64,000 bases of DNA from the NCBI GenBank assembly GCA_049519415.1, contig JBEKQU010000005.1, forward strand, positions 37,504 through 101,503. The letters are read 5' to 3'. The DNA comes from Spirochaetia bacterium. Lineage in GTDB: Bacteria; Spirochaetota; Spirochaetia; SZUA-6; Fen-1364. Below are positions 59,557 through 64,000 of the stretch, piece by piece. The notes beneath the pieces were generated by a model that did not search any database, had not been told where the DNA came from, and worked only from the letters and a program-made list of their open reading frames with translations. Each line of letters starts with the position of its first letter. Position 1 is the first letter of the stretch. The translations under genes were made by a program, and so were the position numbers.

Positions 59557-60650
59557 TCAGCGCAAGTCCTTGATCACTTTATCGGCGGCCAGTTTGCCCG
59601 TCAGAATCGAGACTGGCAGACCAGAGGGACTGAATGACCACTGCCCTGCCTGGCAGACGTCGGGTATCGGCGTAAGGATCGACTTCGCGACCGAAGGAAG
59701 GTCGGAAATCGCCGGCAGGGGCTTGTTTGTCAAGGCCCAACTGGTGATTGCGCCGTCGGAATTGCCTGTTCTCTCTTCCAGCGTAAGGGGGCCCGAAGTG
59801 AAAGCGTCGATGGTCGATCCCCTGGGTCCGGGGAAAATGGTGGAGCCCAGCACCTCGATGATGCAGTTGCTGCACAGCTGCTGGTACTCCTCGTGCCAAC
59901 CCATCTCCCGGATATGCCTGTGGAGCGAATGCTCCATCAGCGTGCTGATGGCAAAACCCGTTTTCCCCGGGGGGCCAAGGCGGGATCATGCAAGGCCGGG
60001 CAGGAGATTTCATAGCTCGTAAGCTCGAAGAACCGCCTCGTCCAGGCTAGATGAGCCGGGCCTTGTCCTGTGTGTACCCGCCCTTCGCGGGATCGTCGCC
60101 GGTGAGCTCGCGAAGGTCAAGGGCTGACAGCCCAATTGTGTAAGTCGTGCAGAAAAGATGCGCGGTGGCTCTTTCCGAGAAGCAGCTTTTGTCGATGTCC
60201 AGCGCAAGGTACAGTGTGAAAACCGAGTCTCCTCCCCTTTTGTCGAGAAGCGCAGCCTGCCTCTCTTCCGCGCTCCTCCGCACCTTCCCGTTCGGAATCG
60301 ATCCTGCATCGAGGATGCGGTAGAACGTCTTCTGGTCCGCTGCCCAGACGAGCTTCCGCCAGGAGCACTCCCGGCCACGCGCGTCGAGATGCGTCCGTCT
60401 TCCCGGGGCGACGCCGACGATGCCGCCCCTCGGGTAGCGGTAGTCGAGATAGAGGCCGAAATAGCTTAACGCAAAATGGGCCGGGGTCTTCTTGAAGAAA
60501 TGCTGGTCGATGATGTCGATCAGCGCCTGACTGCCGGATAGTTTCGCAAGGTGCTCGTCGACGGGGAGAAGCAGCTTGCGGACCTTCGGCATGGTGAGGA
60601 TGTAGCGCAGCAGCCATGGCAGCATCGTCCTGATGATATCGTGGGGATCC
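59557..60650 (-). pseudogene. second phytoene-desaturase-family oxidoreductase, frameshifted and N-terminally truncated
   Basis: The C-terminal CrtI-like part is split between two frames (59557-59937 and 60047-60650). No FAD-binding N-terminus. Confidence 0.5.
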
Positions 60651-60758
60651 TTCCTGGGCTCTAGGAAGAGCGGATTGTCGATCCCATAGAATACATCCAT
60701 GTAGCCGATGACCCGGCGCACCTCGTCGATCTGTCGTCCAGAGCTATCGAGGGACTGG

Positions 60759-61412
60759 TTACCTCGTCCGCCGCGTGAGGAGCAGGGAACGCAGCGCCGC
60801 CACCGCGATACCGACGACGACGACCGCAGCGGCGACCACGGCAACGGTCCATACCTTGGGTGCAACGCCAAACCGGTTCCACCCAGCTTTCACGAGCAGC
60901 GCCGTCACGTTGGCGATCATGGCGACGGTGATCCATCCCAGGTAAACGCTGAAGGGAATGCGGGCGAACCACCTCTCTGCGGGACTCGCAGAAGCCCTTC
61001 CCATGCCCAGCCGAAGGTAGATGCCGATGAGGCAGGTGAGCAGGGCGAGCATGGCAAGGAGGGAGAAGCCGACCTGCCGCCAGTGCCAGAGTAGCAGCCA
61101 TCCGATGTTCGCCGCGGAGGAGAGGACCATCAGCCACCCGATCCTCTCCACGGACGCCGGCGCTTCCCTCCGGGTGGAAAACAACCCTCGCGACTGGGCC
61201 ACGGTGAAAAGAAGCAGGAAGATGTAGATCACCCCCCAGATGGAGAAAGTAAGGCCTGATGGAACGAAAAGATTTGGAATGGCATCTGAGAGAACTCCGG
61301 TCTGGCTGCCGTTGAGCCCGATGGTTGAGGCGAAGGTGTTCACGACGAGAGTGGCCAGGAAGACCACGATGTTGACGGCCTGCAGGACTCGCGCCGATTG
61401 CCTGGTCTCCAT
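60759..61412 (-). CDS. tspO: TspO/MBR (CrtK-like) tryptophan-rich membrane protein
   Basis: LNGSQTGVLSDAIPNLFVPSGLTFSIWGVIYIFLL matches the TspO signature. Five TM segments. Confidence 0.65.
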   Translation of the reverse strand: METRQSARVLQAVNIVVFLATLVVNTFASTIGLNGSQTGVLSDAIPNLFVPSGLTFSIWGVIYIFLLLFTVAQSRGLFSTRREAPASVERIGWLMVLSSAANIGWLLLWHWRQVGFSLLAMLALLTCLIGIYLRLGMGRASASPAERWFARIPFSVYLGWITVAMIANVTALLVKAGWNRFGVAPKVWTVAVVAAAVVVVGIAVAALRSLLLTRRTR

Positions 61413-61548
61413 GCGAGCACACTATCACCTGGGCGGCCGCACTGCCACCCCACTTCGTCCGCGCGCTCGAGCCGATGCGGCCGGATGTTTGCAATAAGGC
61501 GCCATTCACGTTAATCTCGTTCATCGGGCCGCCGGGCAGACTGTCCCA

Positions 61549-62616
61549 ATGGCACACGCGCTACGAAAGCTCACCCACCCACTCCTCTTTCAGGGCAGCA
61601 CAGCGAAAAAGCGATATTTCGAAGGGTGGTACTTTAAACAGGTGTCGGCGGATGGCAGATCTGTTTTTGCGCTCATACCCGGAATCTCCCTGTCCCCACG
61701 GGGTTCGCATTCGTTCGTGCAGGTGATCGACGGAACCACGGGTGCCACACGCTGGTTCTCCTACCCGCTCGACGCGTTTCGCTGGTCACGGAACCGGTTC
61801 GAGATCCAGGTGGGCGAGAACCGGTTCAGCGATACGTCGGCGGATGTCCAGCTCACTGACGGTGCAGGTTCGATCGAGGCCCACCTGCGCTACCATGGCC
61901 TGACCCCCCTGCCGTTTTCCCTTGGAAGTCCCGGCGTCATGGGGCGCTACACGTATGCGCCCTTTATGGAATGCTACCATGCAATTGGCAGCCTGGATCA
62001 CCGGGTTGAGGGCAGCGTCACGGTTGACGGAAGCAGGTTCGACTTCTCGGATGGTCGTGGATATATCGAGAAAGACTGGGGGACTTCTTTTCCTCGCGCC
62101 TGGATCTGGGCGCAGTCAAACAGCTTCGAAGAGCCGGGCACGTCGTTCGTGTTCTCACTTGCGCGAATCCCATGGCTCGGGCGTTTCTTTCCGGGATTCT
62201 TCTCCCTGCTTCTCGAGCGAGGACGGCTTCATCGAATGGCAACGTACACAGGGGCGCGCATCGTGGCAGCGCGGTTGAGCGGACGGGAGCTGGCGCTGGA
62301 CATCAGCGACCGCGAATCGGTCATCTTGCTGAGGGCAGAGCGCTCACACGAAGGAGTGCTCCTGGCACCAGAGCAGGGAGCCATGGATCGACGCATTGGG
62401 GAGAGCATCGACGCGCGCCTGCATGTCACCATGACAGACCTATCCGGGAAGGTGCTCTTCAACGGGTCGGGATCGGCGGCAGGCTTGGAGGTCGTCGGGG
62501 ACATGTCTATACTCGGAGTGCTGACAGAGGGCGCTCTCAATTCGCAGGCGCAGAATCCGGACTCTGCTCCCACCTCGGGCATGCCAGGCAAGACAAGCGA
62601 GCCGCCGTTTCCATGA
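61549..62616 (+). CDS. tocopherol-cyclase-family protein
   Basis: RYFEGWYFKQV motif and 'IEKDWG...WIWAQSN' resemble the VTE1/SXD1 cyclase family. Confidence 0.6.
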   Translation: MAHALRKLTHPLLFQGSTAKKRYFEGWYFKQVSADGRSVFALIPGISLSPRGSHSFVQVIDGTTGATRWFSYPLDAFRWSRNRFEIQVGENRFSDTSADVQLTDGAGSIEAHLRYHGLTPLPFSLGSPGVMGRYTYAPFMECYHAIGSLDHRVEGSVTVDGSRFDFSDGRGYIEKDWGTSFPRAWIWAQSNSFEEPGTSFVFSLARIPWLGRFFPGFFSLLLERGRLHRMATYTGARIVAARLSGRELALDISDRESVILLRAERSHEGVLLAPEQGAMDRRIGESIDARLHVTMTDLSGKVLFNGSGSAAGLEVVGDMSILGVLTEGALNSQAQNPDSAPTSGMPGKTSEPPFP

Positions 62617-63172
62617 GAACGGATATCTGGAAGCGGGTACCGACGGCCGAACATTCGAACGCTGATGCACTTGCACTTCTAGGCGTGGGACACTAGATTT
62701 TCAATATGAATGCCATATACGAATTTAAAGGCTAGCCGCAGCAGTTGCGACCTCATAGCGCGCGATGGTGTTGGGACGGCGGTGGGGTGCCCCTACTGGA
62801 GTGGCAATTGCGCGGAGTTGTTTTCCGCTGGCCGTTGTGGTTGAATAATGGACAAGGGCACGAAAACCTTGGTGGTCATCAATCTCTGCCTGGCGTTCTA
62901 CAACGTCGGAACAATATGAGCGAACGAGGTCGACATCTTCCGCTCGTGGAAGCTCCTCGACAACGTTACGTTCCATAAGGTGCACGCGGTCCACTGGCAC
63001 AAGATCCCGTTCTGGATCTTCATCCCCTACGGACTATTCTTCGCTCTCTCGACTCTCTTGATTTGGTGCCACCCGGCGGGCTCGCCGACATGGGCCATCT
63101 GTCGTGCTCGTTAACGCTTCCGCCGGCTTCCATCCGGATCCATGTGGGGCCTACGAGGGGCACGATCGGAGA

Positions 63173-63804
63173 ATGGAGGATTCCATGGAAACTGTCGAGC
63201 TCCCTAAACCAAGGTTTGGCCGAGGCCGCACCACCCAGTCGGTCTTTCTGAAGCGAAGAACGGTCCGCGAAATCGGCAACAAGAAGCTCTCTCTGCAGAT
63301 GTTGTCGAATCTTCTGTGGTCCGCCTGCGGGGTAAACCGGAAGCAAGTTCCCTTCGGCCTTCCGGGAATAGCGGCTGCTTCGGCCAGCAATTCGCAGGAA
63401 ATCGATCTCTATGTTGCCTTGGAGTCTGGCGTCTACTTCTCCGAGAGGGCGGATCATCGTCTGGCGCTGGTGGCTGGGGGGATTTTCGCTTGTTCGCGCT
63501 CGGACAGGCTCAGGGGAAGACTGGGTCAAAGGCTCCCGTACGCCTGATCTACGTCGTGGACATCGACAAATTCAGCAAGACCTGCTATCAGGAGCCGGGG
63601 CTGAAGACCCCCGAGACGCAGAAGGCTTATTACTATGTGGATACAGGCTTGATCGCGGGAAATATTTATCTTTTCGCGGCTTCGCACGGCCTAGCGGCAT
63701 GGTTTCACAACTGTAACAAGGCGGAGCTTTCGAAAATCCTGAAACTCAGGTCCGATCAGCATGTGCTCTTCGGTCAGACCGTCGGCTATCAAGAAAAGAA
63801 CTAG
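63173..63804 (+). pseudogene. nitroreductase-family protein with apparent frameshift near 63470-63530
   Basis: The N-terminal part (63173-63460) and the C-terminal part (63540-63804; YYYVDTGLIAGNIYLFAASHGLAA) are in different frames. Confidence 0.5.
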
Positions 63805-63841
63805 CCCTACAGCGCCCCTCATCCCGGCGATGTAGGAGAAG

Positions 63842-64000
63842 ATGGCGATCGAAGCAGCACTGGCTCGAGCGCTGCCGCTATTTCTGGCCCTGACTTTTTC
63901 GCAGCCTCGAAAAGGCTACTCTGCAATTTACTCCTCTCAAATGGAGGACTTCCACGCCATTTTTGGTGTCACCATGAGTGTCACCCTGAGAGGATACAAG
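63842..64000 (+). CDS. start of an unidentified gene running off the window
   Basis: ATG-initiated ORF (MAIEAALARALPLF...) that continues to the window end. Confidence 0.25.
   Translation, partial: MAIEAALARALPLFLALTFSQPRKGYSAIYSSQMEDFHAIFGVTMSVTLRGYK

Noticed and set aside
62725-63000. 91-aa minus-strand ORF in lower-GC spacer
   Set aside because: No RBS or motif. Composition atypical for this genome. Retained only as a possibility, not annotated.
1-64000. tRNA, rRNA or CRISPR arrays
   Set aside because: No T-loop (GTTCGAATC-like) with acceptor-stem pairing was found. No rRNA signature blocks were found. No regularly spaced direct repeats of 25-40 bp with unique spacers were found. The only tandem DNA repeats are short (15 bp, 31-34 bp x2.3, heptamers x4) or are the diverged ~330-bp coding repeats.

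Overview
This is a high-GC (roughly 60-65%) bacterial chromosomal window, dense with genes on both strands. Several signal peptides have FAQ/FAS-type cleavage sites and there are outer-membrane and OmpA-type proteins, so the organism is a diderm, saccharolytic bacterium; the phylum cannot be assigned from sequence alone.

Core content:
- Carbohydrate metabolism. There is a 5'-truncated Zn-dependent dehydrogenase, a TIM-barrel sugar-phosphate isomerase and araA. A fucose/arabinose-isomerase-family gene sits with an LplABC-like ABC importer. Also present are a class I mannose-6-phosphate isomerase, a cytoplasmic GH10 xylanase-like protein and a second CUT1-type ABC importer.
- Housekeeping genes radA and a glutamine-dependent nadE.
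- A glycyl-radical enzyme (GCVE active site, RVAGY glycyl motif) followed by a Zn-dependent alcohol dehydrogenase. No activase is nearby.
- A RACo-like ASKHA/2Fe-2S protein.
- Toxin-antitoxin material. One nucleotidyltransferase/HEPN pair is intact and a second is degraded and overlaps a quinone-oxidoreductase fragment. A Phd/YefM antitoxin is followed by a 28-codon VapC stump.
- A giant secreted OmpA-family protein of about 1550 aa, with about ten alternating FlgD-Ig-like repeats.
- Mobile and decayed material. There is a frameshifted IS91-family transposase relic. Decayed genes include aldo/keto reductase and flavodoxin fragments, a frameshifted CrtI paralog and a frameshifted nitroreductase.
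- A staphyloxanthin-like carotenoid glycosyl-ester cluster: a CrtQ-like GT2 glycosyltransferase, CrtO acyltransferase, a CrtI-family oxidase with a Cys-rich C-terminal extension, and a TspO/CrtK homolog. A tocopherol-cyclase-family protein and an embedded ABC-2 exporter sit in the same cluster.

The most unusual structure is a roughly 6.5-kb mosaic region at 29.1-35.7 kb. It is bounded by inverted near-identical copies, each about 160-220 bp, of a LuxR-type HTH gene 3' end plus its downstream leader. A 23-bp element, GGGCATGCTTGCACTATCAAAGG, occurs three times, each copy about 20-40 bp upstream of a start codon. Inside the region are two tandem DUF4386 membrane paralogs, lipoproteins, a sigma-70-family sigma factor and a lower-GC patch. 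An intact 900-aa MalT-like STAND LuxR regulator lies next to it.

No tRNA, rRNA or CRISPR array was recognised. Many long antisense ORFs in the track are high-GC artefacts.
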